Virus record (IMG/VR): IMGVR_UViG_3300044679_000029
Location: 1 to 64,000 of that record
Source of the DNA: an uncultured virus (IMG/VR IMGVR_UViG_3300044679_000029)
Taxonomy: Duplodnaviria > Heunggongvirae > Uroviricota > Caudoviricetes
Length of the DNA: 64,000 bases
Direction: 5' to 3' (one strand)
In this document: positions 19,365 through 30,800 of the stretch, in pieces
Layout of the letters: every line of letters starts with the position of its first letter
How positions within the stretch are numbered: the first letter of the stretch is position 1
Notes under the pieces: model-generated
Told to the model about the DNA's origin: nothing
The model's input: the letters and a program-made list of their open reading frames with translations, nothing else
The model's database searches: none
Translations under genes and position numbers: made by a program

Positions 19365-20726
19365 TTATCGGCGTGATAATGCGGCGAGGCCCCTAAGAAT
19401 GTCTGAGGCGGAACGGCGGTCATCAACTGAGGCTTTCTTATCGAGCATCCTGCCCGCTAATTTTGGCTGAATGTTCTCAGCGCCAATACCGAGTTGCTGA
19501 CCAAGTACATTTTTCCAGTTTTCACCATGCTGCGCTTGTAATGCTTTTATATTAGCGTTATTGGGATCAAACGTCATCCCGATTAGATTGCCCATTTTAA
19601 CCTTATCGGCTTTGTTGTCTTTATTTTCGGACCTAGACTCTTCTTTCTTACACTCACAAGGCTCTTTGGAACATTCCTTACAGGCATCAGCGGCTTCTTT
19701 CTTAGCCTCAGACTTGCCCTTGGCCTCATCGTCTCTCTTTTCTTTATGTTCTTCCTTTACAGAAGGGAGATGTCCATGATGTGCCTCTTCATCCTTGGCG
19801 AGTTCCTTTAGCTTATCGGACTCTTCGGCTAGCTTTTGAACAAATACTTCTTGCTCTTCCGGCTCAAATCCCATAAGAGTCTTAATCGCAGCAACTTTTT
19901 CATAATCATCTAGGCCAGACGGTAGTTTAGAAAGAAACTCGGTAGCAGTAATTTCGAACAGATTCACGTACGCAGCACTCTTAACAGCATTTGACTTCGG
20001 AGCCTCTGCGCCGTCATGCTTCCTTTCCTGACCTACAGCGCCCGGATGAGTATGAAGCTCGGTCTTACCCACACCAGTTAGATGCTCTTTCACGGAACGA
20101 TTCTGAAGATCTAATTTTGCCTCAGCATTAGGAGACTGGCCGGGCTTATTTTCGTGTCTGGAATCATCCTTGCTAATAGTCGAACCAGGAACCGAAGAAG
20201 CCATCTTCTTAACGATATCAGTTAGAGAGGCCATCTTGTCCGGCTCTTTACCGGCATGAAGATCTTCCTCACCGACACGACCCTTCTCCTTCGGCATATC
20301 AGACTTGCCGACGCCGGCAACGCCCTTAGCAGCGTACGGTTCAGGACGGGTCTTTAGATCCATCTTGGCCTCAGCATTAGCTGATTGTGACTCATGATTT
20401 TCTTGTTCGGGCTTATCGCCTGTAATAGTAGAACCAGTCTCAGCCGCAGTCTTTGCCGGAGGAGGACCACCTGCGCCTGCGCCTGCGCCACCTGCGCCAC
20501 CTGCGCCGCCAGGAATAAGACCCTTCTCAGCAGCAAGGGCTAGCAAAGCCTCAAGCAACTCCTGAGTTGCAGCAGGATCCATAGCTCCAGCCTGCGGTTC
20601 CGGATTTAGGCGTGGGCCTACCTCATCGGCGAGGCCGGCAGCCTCACCCTCAGCGCACTTGATAAGACCAGCGTCTAGAAGTAACTGGGTGCAACCGCGT
20701 GCGTAAGCTTGCTTGAATAAACTCAT
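19365..20726 (-). CDS. scaffold/internal head protein, low complexity
   Basis: Many K-x-A sites; internal duplication (GSTI...ENK...NAEAKxDL...GVGK). Confidence 0.6.
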   Translation of the reverse strand: MSLFKQAYARGCTQLLLDAGLIKCAEGEAAGLADEVGPRLNPEPQAGAMDPAATQELLEALLALAAEKGLIPGGAGGAGGAGAGAGGPPPAKTAAETGSTITGDKPEQENHESQSANAEAKMDLKTRPEPYAAKGVAGVGKSDMPKEKGRVGEEDLHAGKEPDKMASLTDIVKKMASSVPGSTISKDDSRHENKPGQSPNAEAKLDLQNRSVKEHLTGVGKTELHTHPGAVGQERKHDGAEAPKSNAVKSAAYVNLFEITATEFLSKLPSGLDDYEKVAAIKTLMGFEPEEQEVFVQKLAEESDKLKELAKDEEAHHGHLPSVKEEHKEKRDDEAKGKSEAKKEAADACKECSKEPCECKKEESRSENKDNKADKVKMGNLIGMTFDPNNANIKALQAQHGENWKNVLGQQLGIGAENIQPKLAGRMLDKKASVDDRRSASDILRGLAALSRR

Positions 20727-20809
20727 TTGGTGCTCTCCTTAAAAATAGGACAATACTACGAAATCTTGAGCTGAAGTAATTATATGTTCCTCTGTAGCAG
20801 TAGTCAACC

Positions 20810-21484
20810 TTACTTTCCTAACATTCTCTGGACTACAGTTCCATGCTGCGCAGCAGGTTTTCCGGGCAAAGGCGGCGGTATCATACCAGGCACAGTTGGA
20901 CCCGAATTAAACGACGGCTTCAGATTCGCCTTAGGAATCGGTGGTACACCTTTAGACCCCAAAAGATTACGTGCCTCGACGTTACCCATAGTAGCTAGTC
21001 TGTTGGCTCCGACCGAGAACGGTGCTATAGGCTTACCGGTACTCATAATTTCTTTTCCGGTAACAGCTAGCGGTTTAAGTTGATTTCTGATACCGCTGAC
21101 GATCTCGCTACCAGGACGGCCTTTTAGAGCTTTCATAGCCGATAAGAATTCTTGTGCATTCAAAGCTAACTTGTCAAAAGCAATTTTCTTTAATCCTGGG
21201 ACCTTTGTCATCTCTCGCATCTCTGGTGCTTTAGCTATAGACGTAACAGGACCAGAATGAGGGATAGGCATAAGAACTGGTGCTGCGTTCGCAGGCGTCT
21301 TCATGCCGGCGATCTTTGGCATCGTAGCCGCTGAAGGCCCCATGTTCGCTGCGGGGATTGTTGGTTTAGCTGCCATTTGTCCCATACCAGGGATGGGCGG
21401 TAACTTGGGCATCAGAGTCGACGCTGGTTTAGGCTGAGAGGCCTTAAGCGGGTTGAATCCAATATTTGCGTACTTAGGCATCAT
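20810..21484 (-). CDS. Pro/Lys/Met-rich virion peptide precursor
   Basis: KYA, KIA, KLA motifs; CTATATTT motif just before the start. Confidence 0.5.
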   Translation of the reverse strand: MMPKYANIGFNPLKASQPKPASTLMPKLPPIPGMGQMAAKPTIPAANMGPSAATMPKIAGMKTPANAAPVLMPIPHSGPVTSIAKAPEMREMTKVPGLKKIAFDKLALNAQEFLSAMKALKGRPGSEIVSGIRNQLKPLAVTGKEIMSTGKPIAPFSVGANRLATMGNVEARNLLGSKGVPPIPKANLKPSFNSGPTVPGMIPPPLPGKPAAQHGTVVQRMLGK

Positions 21485-21499
21485 CAGAATAAATATAGT

Positions 21500-23287
21500 T
21501 TAATACTGCCCGTCTTCGCCTTCGCCAAATTCTGTACCAATCGCAAGCGGCCCCATAGGATTAAGCGAGTGACCGTTTCCTATTGTTCCTTCCTCGGCGC
21601 CATGAATGATAGACTCGCGAAGGAATCTATGCCCTAATTTGCCAAGCCAATCTGGAAATAGTAACGGCCCTTGAGCTGCGGGCTTCATAATATAGCTAAC
21701 TTGTGGCGGGTTAACAGCAACCTTAACGTGGTCAAAACCATTGCGTGACAATAATTTTATAACACTAGGAGTAATGGTTGTCCCGGCAGTAAAATGTAAA
21801 TAGTCTTCGCCTAGAACCTTACCGTCTGCATCCTTGATAGCAGTAGAACGGGCGCCCTCACGTAGTCTATCGCGAAGATGGTTGATATCAATAATGTCGC
21901 CCGGCGTGTTCGCTCCAGACGGGTCGTGTTCAATCACACCGAACCGAATAGCCGACCGAGCAGCAAGTTCAAGATGCCGTGGGTCAATAGAAATACCGTT
22001 CGCCTTATACGCATGTATGAGATTATCGGCGAGGTTCTTACGGCCTGCACCAATACCCTTATACTTCACGATTTCGTTAGGCTTTAAAATACCTTCAGAT
22101 AGCGCATCACCAGGTTCCATAACGTCATGTTTCTTAACAGTGACTTCTCGGTCTGGTGGTACGTAGTGTCCTTCAGCCTCCACGAATACGTATTTACCAC
22201 CCTGCGGCGCCGATTCGATATTTGTAATCTTGCCATGAAGTTTAGATAAGATAGCCCCGAAGGCGAACGACTCTGGTACCTCAAACAACTGTCGAATGCT
22301 CTTAACCCCCGACGGCGTAGACTTACTGGATAATAGTTTAACAGAGTGCTTTGAGGATAGCTGCGTCTGTACGATCGGTTCAGTAATAGCCTGAGCGGAC
22401 TGTACTCCTAGATTCGTACCCACTTGAGGCGGTTGAGAGCGTTCGTCTAGTCCCCAACACTTCTGGCATATGCCTGGTGCAGTACAAGTTATGGGTGAAC
22501 GCACGACAATAGGTTTATCTAGCTTCTTAAGGTGCATCGCTATATCGTGTGTAATTAGCGACCCTGCCTTATACTTGCCGGCGTCATGCGCTAGGTAGCG
22601 ATCTACAATCCATGAGTCGTGTGGGTCTTGTACAATACCGTTATTAGTTCCGCAATCGATATGGGAAACTACTTGGTTGTTCATACTGGCAGTTATTAGC
22701 TTATTGAGCTCACCGGGTAGTGACACAGCCAATTTCCCTTGTATAGCGTTTTGGCGAGATTCGTTCATAGCGGCAAACGAGTCAGCTGGGCTAATACCCT
22801 CAGAGTACGACTTACTGATTAGCCATGGAATTGGGTTGCCAGAAGCGTCTGTAGCTAAAACAGGCGTAGAATTTATCTTCATTAATTGCGCAAACGACCC
22901 GCGGCCACCAGACCTCGCCATAAGCTGCATATCATTTTTATGGTTTTGTGTAACTTCTAACATTTTTTCTTGGGCTTCTCCCAAGATTTTTCTTTTTTCA
23001 GACGCGGTTTCGGCCTTATCAAATCTGTGAATAAACGGAGCAAGCGCTCGCTCTTTCCCTGACGCCGGAGATATATCGTCCAAACCAACGGATATACCAG
23101 AGTCTGTAGCTACAGCATCGCCAAACCGCTTGAGTTTAGTTACGCATTCCACATACGCTGAAGGGTCATTCTTAGCAATATCTAATAGAACGCGCCTAAG
23201 CTCTTTCGCATCCACCGGGCCATCATGGAATTTGTAGCCCCTAGGTAAGCACGACTGGACAAGAGCTTGTCCGAGTGTATTAGCCAT
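21500..23287 (-). CDS. multisubunit RNA polymerase beta' C-terminal portion
   Basis: SGGRGS (cf. SGARG), SYSEG, DCGT, VRSPITC...GICQKCWG, AQAITEP.VQ..L..KH trigger loop, HLELAAR; start re-called at MANTLG. Confidence 0.88.
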   Translation of the reverse strand: MANTLGQALVQSCLPRGYKFHDGPVDAKELRRVLLDIAKNDPSAYVECVTKLKRFGDAVATDSGISVGLDDISPASGKERALAPFIHRFDKAETASEKRKILGEAQEKMLEVTQNHKNDMQLMARSGGRGSFAQLMKINSTPVLATDASGNPIPWLISKSYSEGISPADSFAAMNESRQNAIQGKLAVSLPGELNKLITASMNNQVVSHIDCGTNNGIVQDPHDSWIVDRYLAHDAGKYKAGSLITHDIAMHLKKLDKPIVVRSPITCTAPGICQKCWGLDERSQPPQVGTNLGVQSAQAITEPIVQTQLSSKHSVKLLSSKSTPSGVKSIRQLFEVPESFAFGAILSKLHGKITNIESAPQGGKYVFVEAEGHYVPPDREVTVKKHDVMEPGDALSEGILKPNEIVKYKGIGAGRKNLADNLIHAYKANGISIDPRHLELAARSAIRFGVIEHDPSGANTPGDIIDINHLRDRLREGARSTAIKDADGKVLGEDYLHFTAGTTITPSVIKLLSRNGFDHVKVAVNPPQVSYIMKPAAQGPLLFPDWLGKLGHRFLRESIIHGAEEGTIGNGHSLNPMGPLAIGTEFGEGEDGQY

Positions 23288-23289
23288 GA

Positions 23290-23592
23290 TTAAACGTTTC
23301 CGAGATGTCCCAACATCATGGGGTCGTAATTTAGATCGCTTTGGCGAGAAAGTGCGTCCATGCCCGAGGGGTCTGTTGGCTTTCCCCACATGCTCTGCTC
23401 ACGATCCTTAGAATCTTCTTTCGTCTTATTATCAGGACCAGCATGAATATCCATTTTATGCTGCTTAAACAAACTCGCTAGCGCCGAAGCTGAATCCTTA
23501 CTCTGCGCGGGCCTGTTGCTAAAGGCGCGGATATCCACGCCTGCAGCGGTCTTAGCAGCCATCGATCCAATGACGTAAGCGAGCTTATTCAT
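23290..23592 (-). CDS. hypothetical protein with KLA/KTA motifs
   Basis: Coupled to the operon. Confidence 0.55.
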   Translation of the reverse strand: MNKLAYVIGSMAAKTAAGVDIRAFSNRPAQSKDSASALASLFKQHKMDIHAGPDNKTKEDSKDREQSMWGKPTDPSGMDALSRQSDLNYDPMMLGHLGNV

Positions 23593-23595
23593 TTA

Positions 23596-23841
23596 TTATG
23601 GTTCTCGGATAGGAGCAGCAGCAGGATGAAGCGGAAACTTAATCGCCGCTGTAGACTGCGGGCTATCAATATGCTGCACGACTGAAAGTACGCCGAGTAC
23701 CTTCTGAAGAGCGGCAATAAAACCACTCGCCTTAGGGTAGTTAGACAGGCCAGTTACAATACTAGAAACACAAACAACCGCGATCGGTAGCCAAATAGCT
23801 AGATTCGTGGTCAGGTCATTAATCAACACAGTTGGATTCAT
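23596..23841 (-). CDS. small membrane protein, holin-like
   Basis: Two hydrophobic segments; TTGACA-17-TATACT promoter at 23860-23888. Confidence 0.5.
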   Translation of the reverse strand: MNPTVLINDLTTNLAIWLPIAVVCVSSIVTGLSNYPKASGFIAALQKVLGVLSVVQHIDSPQSTAAIKFPLHPAAAPIREP

Positions 23842-23889
23842 ATACTTCCTTTCTGCTGTAGTATAACGTACTACGCAGCAGATGTCAAG

Positions 23890-24105
23890 TTATTTTAGTC
23901 CGGCAGCCCTTAAGGCTAATTCTTTACCAAAGACGAAAGCGGCTTCTTTCTTAGTTTCTTCGGGAAGATAATTATAAGATTTTGAACCTTTATTGTGGCT
24001 TACATACTCTTTAGCCTGGGCCTTGGTAGGACCATCTTTTTGAGACAGTCCGCCATGTGCCGCAGCCTGCATAAACCTAAATTGGGCTTTTGATTTGGCT
24101 GGCAT
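23890..24105 (-). CDS. small basic protein
   Basis: MPAKSKAQFRFM N-terminus is a recurrent phage motif; KEA site. Confidence 0.65.
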   Translation of the reverse strand: MPAKSKAQFRFMQAAAHGGLSQKDGPTKAQAKEYVSHNKGSKSYNYLPEETKKEAAFVFGKELALRAAGLK

Positions 24106-24145
24106 TGGGGTGGCACCTCTAATAGAGTAATTATAGACCAGTTTG

Positions 24146-24154
24146 TGGTATAAG
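24146..24154 (+). promoter_or_regulatory. TGGTATAAG promoter motif (one of 8 copies)
   Basis: Identical 9-mer at 143, 377, 24146, 24480, 32162, 32351, 36248, 54135; all intergenic and upstream of plus-strand units. Confidence 0.75.
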
Positions 24155-24189
24155 ATAATGATACTAAAACCACCCTAACGGAGGCTAGT

Positions 24190-24408
24190 ATGAAATACTT
24201 GGTCATCGTCCTGCTGCTTGTTGCTTGCGGTTTCTGCACGTTGCACGGGGGCGCCGGGTATCTCGCTGTTCCGGTAATCCTCTTCATCTACTACACAATA
24301 ATGGCCACTGTCGCCTTTGTCGCCGGGTATCTCGCTGTTCCGGTAAGCCTCTTCATCTACCACACGTTGGCGAGGATTATATGCTCGACAAGAAAAGTTA
24401 AACCCTAA
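24190..24408 (+). CDS. small membrane protein with an internal duplication
   Basis: AGYLAVPV(I/S)LFIY occurs twice; GGAGG SD; terminator follows at 24439-24464. Confidence 0.65.
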   Translation: MKYLVIVLLLVACGFCTLHGGAGYLAVPVILFIYYTIMATVAFVAGYLAVPVSLFIYHTLARIICSTRKVKP

Positions 24409-24496
24409 AACCCTGAGCTGTGACACAGGGTTTATGAGAGCCCGGTGTATACCGGGCTTTCTTTTAATTCTAATAAAGCTGGTATAAGAGTTTACT

Positions 24497-25154
24497 ATGC
24501 TAACAGTCAGATGTTCAAATAATAGATACGCGCCAGACGCCTGGTACAGTATATATGACAGATCTACTTCTATGTTTGTTTTACAAAAATTCGTTGAGTT
24601 TAATGATGGGAAGGAGTCTGAAGAGTATTGCAAAGCTATAACTGAGATGTGGCAGATGTTATACCCTACTTACAATAACCTACGGAAGGACATCTTTATT
24701 TTAATATGAAAACAATTTATATAGTGGATACGTCCGATTTCGGCGTATATTACAACCTATGGGAACGAGACCACCAGGGCGTCCACAACTTTGCATCACA
24801 CCAAGATATCAACAGTGTCACAGTTAAATTTTTGAATACAAATTCTGCGCACAAATACCGCACATTAATTATGGAAGTACTTACTCGAATTTACGCAAAT
24901 TTTGACGTCGCTGGAGTTATACTTTTAAAATGAAAACATTGTTTTGTACTAATACTAGCCTCTATGTGTTTTGGAATTTATACACCAGACCAGATATACC
25001 ACCATACGCTAACGGTCATTCGGATAACTATGAAGGCTGGATTAGGTTTGAAAGTGACATAGACGCGGAAAGATATTCAACCATATCAAATATCATGTTT
25101 CGTGAGATTTATACTGAGTTATGTACAGACAAACGGCTACTGGTATTTAAATGA
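24497..25154 (+). CDS. three tandem small ORFs (24497-24709, 24706-24933, 24930-25154), probable paralogs
   Basis: ATGA overlaps; shared [VI]xF-x8-Y-x11-Y spacing; AT-rich. Confidence 0.6.
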
Positions 25155-25173
25155 AAATTACGATGGAGTTAAT

Positions 25174-25584
25174 GTGAACGTCAAACAAGTCATAGTAATA
25201 CGAAAAGATCTAAAAATGAGACGCGGTAAGGAAATCGCACAGGGCGCGCACGCAGCTACAGCGTGGATGGTCGGGCCAATGCGTTCAAACCACGAAGAGG
25301 CTGTGTGTTCATCACCCGGCGATCCACCAAGCGGTGTATACCGCACAGATGAAGAGATTCACTGGTTGGTAGCGAGCCAAGCCAAAATCTGTTGCCAAGT
25401 AAGTTCAGAAGCTGAGTTGCTTGCCTTAGACGTCGCAGCGAAGGCGAAGGGCCTGAAATCATTTTTGATTCTAGATGAAGGCCGTACAGAATTCGGCGGT
25501 GTACCGACGTATACGTGCTTGGCTATTGGCCCAGACGAGTCTGAGAAGATTGACGAAGTTACTGGAAAATTGGAGTTGTACTAA
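25174..25584 (+). CDS. pth2: peptidyl-tRNA hydrolase, Pth2 type
   Basis: KQVIVIRKDLKM.RGK..AQ.AHA, Q.KI, DEGRTE, T.LAIGP motifs; GTG start after GGAG. Confidence 0.92.
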   Translation: MNVKQVIVIRKDLKMRRGKEIAQGAHAATAWMVGPMRSNHEEAVCSSPGDPPSGVYRTDEEIHWLVASQAKICCQVSSEAELLALDVAAKAKGLKSFLILDEGRTEFGGVPTYTCLAIGPDESEKIDEVTGKLELY

Positions 25585-25585
25585 A

Positions 25586-27826
25586 ATGAAATACGCTGTC
25601 GCCGCGCCAATGGATCAAACCATCGTGTATATACAGATTTCTTTCCCAGACTGTAATTCATATGCAGATACTACGTCACATAAATTCGCAAAGTTATTTG
25701 ATACGTATGAAGACGCGTATATCGCAACAGTTGTATACGACCACACACTACACCATAAATTCCGCGATCTCTGGTCGTCATATATTGAAGAGGTCCCAGA
25801 CGAAGTTGAATTTCGTAGTAGAGAGGACACGTGGTAAATGGAGCTTCTAATCTCAGCCATCCAAACCAGACTGCAGTCTGGTCATAATCAGACGTGCGTA
25901 ATTCTGACGTCTGAGGGCAAGACACCATGTAATTGTGGACACAAAGCCCTCGCCGACGCGTTGTTTAAGTTTAGAGAAGGAAAGGATAATACGAAATGAG
26001 TACCTTACCGACAGACTTCTTTACACCTCCAGCAAACTTGATTCATGACTGGAGTATGCAAGTAGGCGTGCCAACAACACCCGAGCAAGAACAAGAGTTT
26101 AGCAATCTATTACGACTAACGATTTGGCGCAAAATTGGAATGACGTGTAGTAGAGCCGGCGCCGGATGTGATAAGTTATTTCCAGTCAGTCAAATTCGTG
26201 AAGAAATGATTGGCCGGTTTGATAATATAGCGGATCAACATATTAAGATAGTTGATGCATTTATTGACTGGCTGAAGACCGTCGGGGAATACAAGGCCGC
26301 CTGGGGCACAATTAAGTATAACTCGTGCGCGAATGATATTGAGTTTATTCCACGAGAGAAGGGTAACACCAATGGTTAAACATCGAAAAGTAGGTGACTG
26401 GGTGTGGCTTAAGTCATATGCTGGTTTCATAGCATCAAACGCACCAATGTACGCACAGATCCAAAATGACGGCGGCAACGGTTGGTGCTTCAAGGAAAAC
26501 TGTGATCCTACTTGCTACGAGTGGGCCACATTACATACTGATAAAGGCGAAATGCTTTGTCATGTGAACGAGCGTGACATGTTTGATACTGAGGCCGAGG
26601 CTATAGCCGCGGAAGGAAAGTGATATGCCATTCAAAAAGATAGCAGATCTACCGAAAATTTGTCATGATCCAGGACACAATCCGCCAGGGATGATTGTAT
26701 TACCAGACGGCGTTTATGAGTATAGCTGCCCGAGTTGCGGTCGAGTCACAACGTTTACAGTCGCATCGCCAACTCTAAACGGTGGATGTTATGTTAGATC
26801 ATGGAAGTGTGATGTTTCTGATGTTCAACGGTGGACGGAGTAATATGAACAGCGATAATTTCTTCTCTATGGTTATTGGTCTTCTATGCGCATCGGTGCT
26901 ATGGCTTCTGGTTTTAATGGACCACGGACGGAATAAGACAGTAGTATTTCGTTGCGGTGACGCACAGTCTCCTATCGATGTATCGTCAAACGAATCACCA
27001 GACGGTATGGCTATACAATGTCCCAGTCATTCACACGTTACGGGTATTATATTAGACGCGCATGAAAGTATGATTGGTGACCGGTCCCGAGTTGTTTGTG
27101 AGTGTGATAAGTGAAGAAAATTGATGTCGGCTTTTGGGTCGTTATTACAGGATTCCTAATCTTATTTCTATCGCTACCGTTTATCGGGTATGAAATAGGA
27201 CTAACATACAATAAACCAGAGGAAGAAGCCCCAAATTATGAGAAGTGGTACGGTGAATGTAATACTCTTTTGACTTATTGTGTCTATACATTAGGTACAG
27301 AGAGACAGATGAAAGAGCATTTGCAAGAAACTTGTACGTGTGACGAAGATGGCGGTGAATAGATGTCTATACCACATTCAGAAGACGAAGCAATTATGCT
27401 CGAAGAAATCGAGTCTGCGAACTCCAAGAAAGAAATGTTAGCGGAGCTAAAGGCCGCTTACGACGAAGCTACCAGGTGGGTTGGCTGCGGTGACAATTCC
27501 TGTATGTTCGTTAAGCCTACAGGCATGGCGACTAATGGCGGTTGTAGGTGTCTAGGTCGTGACGGCTGCGCCCCAGGTATCCCTCGGTCGCTGGCCAAGT
27601 TGTATAAAGCAGCTAAGAAGTTGATCGAGGATAATAAGTGAAAAAGCAAACCAGTAAAACTAAGCAACTCAAAAACAAATTAGTTAAACTTCAACAGCAA
27701 CTTAAGGTAGCAGCCACCAAGTCTAAAAGATGGGCCCAGAAACTTGGGCCTTCTTTTTTAGCCTACTTCGACAGGATCTCCAAGCTGTGTTGTACCTCTG
27801 GCATACGAAGCTTTAGCGTCCTCTAA
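25586..27826 (+). other. cluster of small hypothetical ORFs (25586-25837, 25996-26379, 26372-26623, 26625-26843, 26845-27114, 27111-27362, 27363-27641, 27638-27826)
   Basis: Tightly packed or overlapping; several are Cys-rich (CPSCG; CGDNSC...GCRC) or have one TM segment. Confidence 0.55.
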
Positions 27827-30800
27827 GTTCTTAAACTTTGTGGTTCGTTTACCCGATTCGTGTTCGCACGTCGCTTTATAAACGCCAATTACAGCCTCAT
27901 GCGAGGGCTGGACCATTAGTCCTTTTGTGCGGTTATGGAGAATAAGATTACTCGTCGTCATACGTTTGGCCTCTTCGACGGCTGCGGGTGTTACGGGAAC
28001 ATGTAGAGAAACTGCGTCACCATCATAATCCATCGACATACCAGCATCGGCCCAACCGCTAGGGACCCTAACCGTCTTACCAGAAATGGGTATAGCCCAG
28101 TTTCCGATTATATTATATTTATGCAAAGATGGTGCGCGGTTGAATAGTACTGGCCGCTCCTTTGTTTCCGCTATCAGCGCGTTTCTAGCCGCGGGGTGTT
28201 GGTCTTCAATCATTTTTTTAGCTTCAAGAGCCGTACGCCCACCTCGAATAAGTCGGCGGCTTATAAAGGGTTCCATCATGCCCCACAACATTTGTTCCGG
28301 AACCCCGAGTTCGTCCATACCCAGTTGATTGTCAGGGGCTACTGTAGCTCGCCCGCTTAGATCTAGATTCTTCTTAATTATTTTTGACTGAAAGAAGCCA
28401 TACTTTGGCGAGCCCTGTCCGGCGATTAAACTCAAAAAACCCTTAACACCGCGAGACGCGTTCTGCGGACTTACGGGTTCTCGTAAACCAAATAGAGCCG
28501 CTACACTATGGTCTAAATGTTCACGGGCATTTTCTTTATCTTTATCGGTTAAATCTTTCGACGCAACTAAAGCGTCATTGGCCAAGAACACATCTCTATA
28601 AAGACTATTAGCGTCTGAAATCTGCATACGTCCGCCATGTCCGGGTAGTATCGGCCTCATGATAGGCGGAATAACTGGAATTTTACGCATGATATACGCC
28701 TTGTCAGGAGTAAGATTATTTTCCTTCAAGGCATTAATGTATTTCAGTTGCTTTACAGCATCATCGAATTTTGTACCCTTAAGACCGGGAAGTTGAAGTT
28801 TTAGTGATCTGGACCGGGAACTTAAATCGATATCACTTAATAGCTTTTCGACATGCTTAGCGCCGTGTTCTTTCAGCATTGCGTCCATGCCGCCGGAAGT
28901 AAGTCCAAGAAATCGGCGGGCTGAATCATGAAATACAGGATTTAGTATGGGCTCTGATAATTGTATGTGTGACCACTTGGTGCCGCTTAGACCACCAGTT
29001 GTGTTAGGGTCAAAGAAACCACCTTCTTCTGGTTTTAAATCTTTTGCACGAACGAAATCTTGCGTAGTAATTTTACCTGAGGATAATTCATTAACGTCAT
29101 TATCCGTCATAGGTGATAGTAATAGATTATCATCTGTTTTATTTACCTTAATTCCAGCGCCCTGTAACATCGCGATAAACTTATTATACGCAAACGAAGA
29201 CTTCAGTTGTGGTAGTGGGAGTCCAAGACGATAGCGCTGCCAAAAGTCGTCATTCTTTTGGCTCCTGAGGACGGCGTTTTCCTTTAATATATTTCTGGCG
29301 TTATGGGCCAATAAACAACTTACCTCCATACGCCCCAACCCCTTAGAACCCTCTTCACCACCACGAAGCGGTTGCTCATTAACATCATATCCTGGTCCAA
29401 TACCGTGCGCGCTATAGTTACTCTTTGTTGTTTTAAAAAGTTTGAACATATACATGGGACCTACATTGATGCCAGGAATCTTCTTATCTGTAACAGGATC
29501 GTATATAGTTTCTTTATCTGATAATCCCTGTTCACGCAAAAGTCTCTTGGCGTACTCGACGTTATCTTTGCCGGAGAAACTCTCGACAGCGATAGGCTTA
29601 CCTTTAGCTTGAGCAGCTTTGGCTACGGCCATCTCTATAACCTGTGCTGGATTAATACGCGAGATGACGCCTGCTGATGTCAAAAGAACATCTATAGGAT
29701 TACCTTTAGCATCACGTGGCATACGATCGTCTGGTATAATAGCAGAGATAACACCTTTGTTCCCGAATCTCCCGGAAAGCTTATCACCGAGCAACATCGG
29801 CTCTTCAGTCGAGACTGTAATCATTGTTCGCTTTGGGTCTTTTTTAACATCGATGATTTTGGCTGGAAATTCTCCGTCCCACGTTAAAGACGCATCTCGA
29901 TACGGCTTTAGCAAGGACTTACTAAGCTTACCCAACATGGCTTCTTGCGGCGATGGTTCTTTCTTACTCAAACTAACAAGCAGGGGGTCACCTGGTTGAA
30001 TAATTTTACCCTTTTTAATCACACCATCGTCGTCTAACGAATCGTAATTATCGGCCGTATACTTATTACCAAAGTAAGCCTTATGGCTATTCTTGCCAGC
30101 GCGCGTATTCGCGTCTGCTTCAAAGACGTGTTTGTACATACCCAACGAGGTTAGTTTTTTAGCCGCACCCTCTGATATAACGATACCGTCATTTGAGTTC
30201 AGTCCGTTGTAGGCCATGAACGCAACGTTCATATTTTTACCTAATGCTAACTTACCGTCTTTAGTAAAGTTAGATTCACCAAGTTGTTGGTTCTCCTCAA
30301 CGTGGTCGCCCTCTTTAACTATAAGATCGTGGTGTAAATAGGTCTTAGACGCGAGCGGGAAATCTGTATAATACGGGACTTTAACCAATTCTTCTTTTTT
30401 ACCCTCAGCGCCATGTTTGACGTGTGACGGAGCTATATAGATAAAGTCTTTATCGATCTTAGTGATCTTACCTTTGACCGGAGAGTTTGGTGTAGCTTGT
30501 TCGCCAAGCTCACCTTCCATCGTCCGACCTTTACGCCATGAAGCAACTTGCACCAAAGGCTGCTCGCGCTCTTTCAGCGGCAATGCCTGAGACACCATTT
30601 TGCTACCCATGATAAGACGGTTACCTTGCGACGATTCCGGAAAAGGTACAAGATTAGTCGCTGTGCTGTAAAGGAAATTAGAATGTGGAATTATAAATTC
30701 TACTTCTGAGACGGGCTTTGAATAAATAACGCCTTTATGTAGCACATCCACTTTACCACTCTTGGGAAAGTCTTTCTTTGGGAACGCAACCGCGTGCTTA

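Noticed and set aside
20472-20511. Short CCTGCG/CCACCTGCG tandem repeat
   Set aside because: It simply encodes a Gly-Ala linker in the 453-aa protein.
23288-23389. ORF-track N-terminal extension of the beta' C-terminal gene
   Set aside because: It overlaps gene 23290..23592; the ATG at 23287 follows that gene's stop directly.
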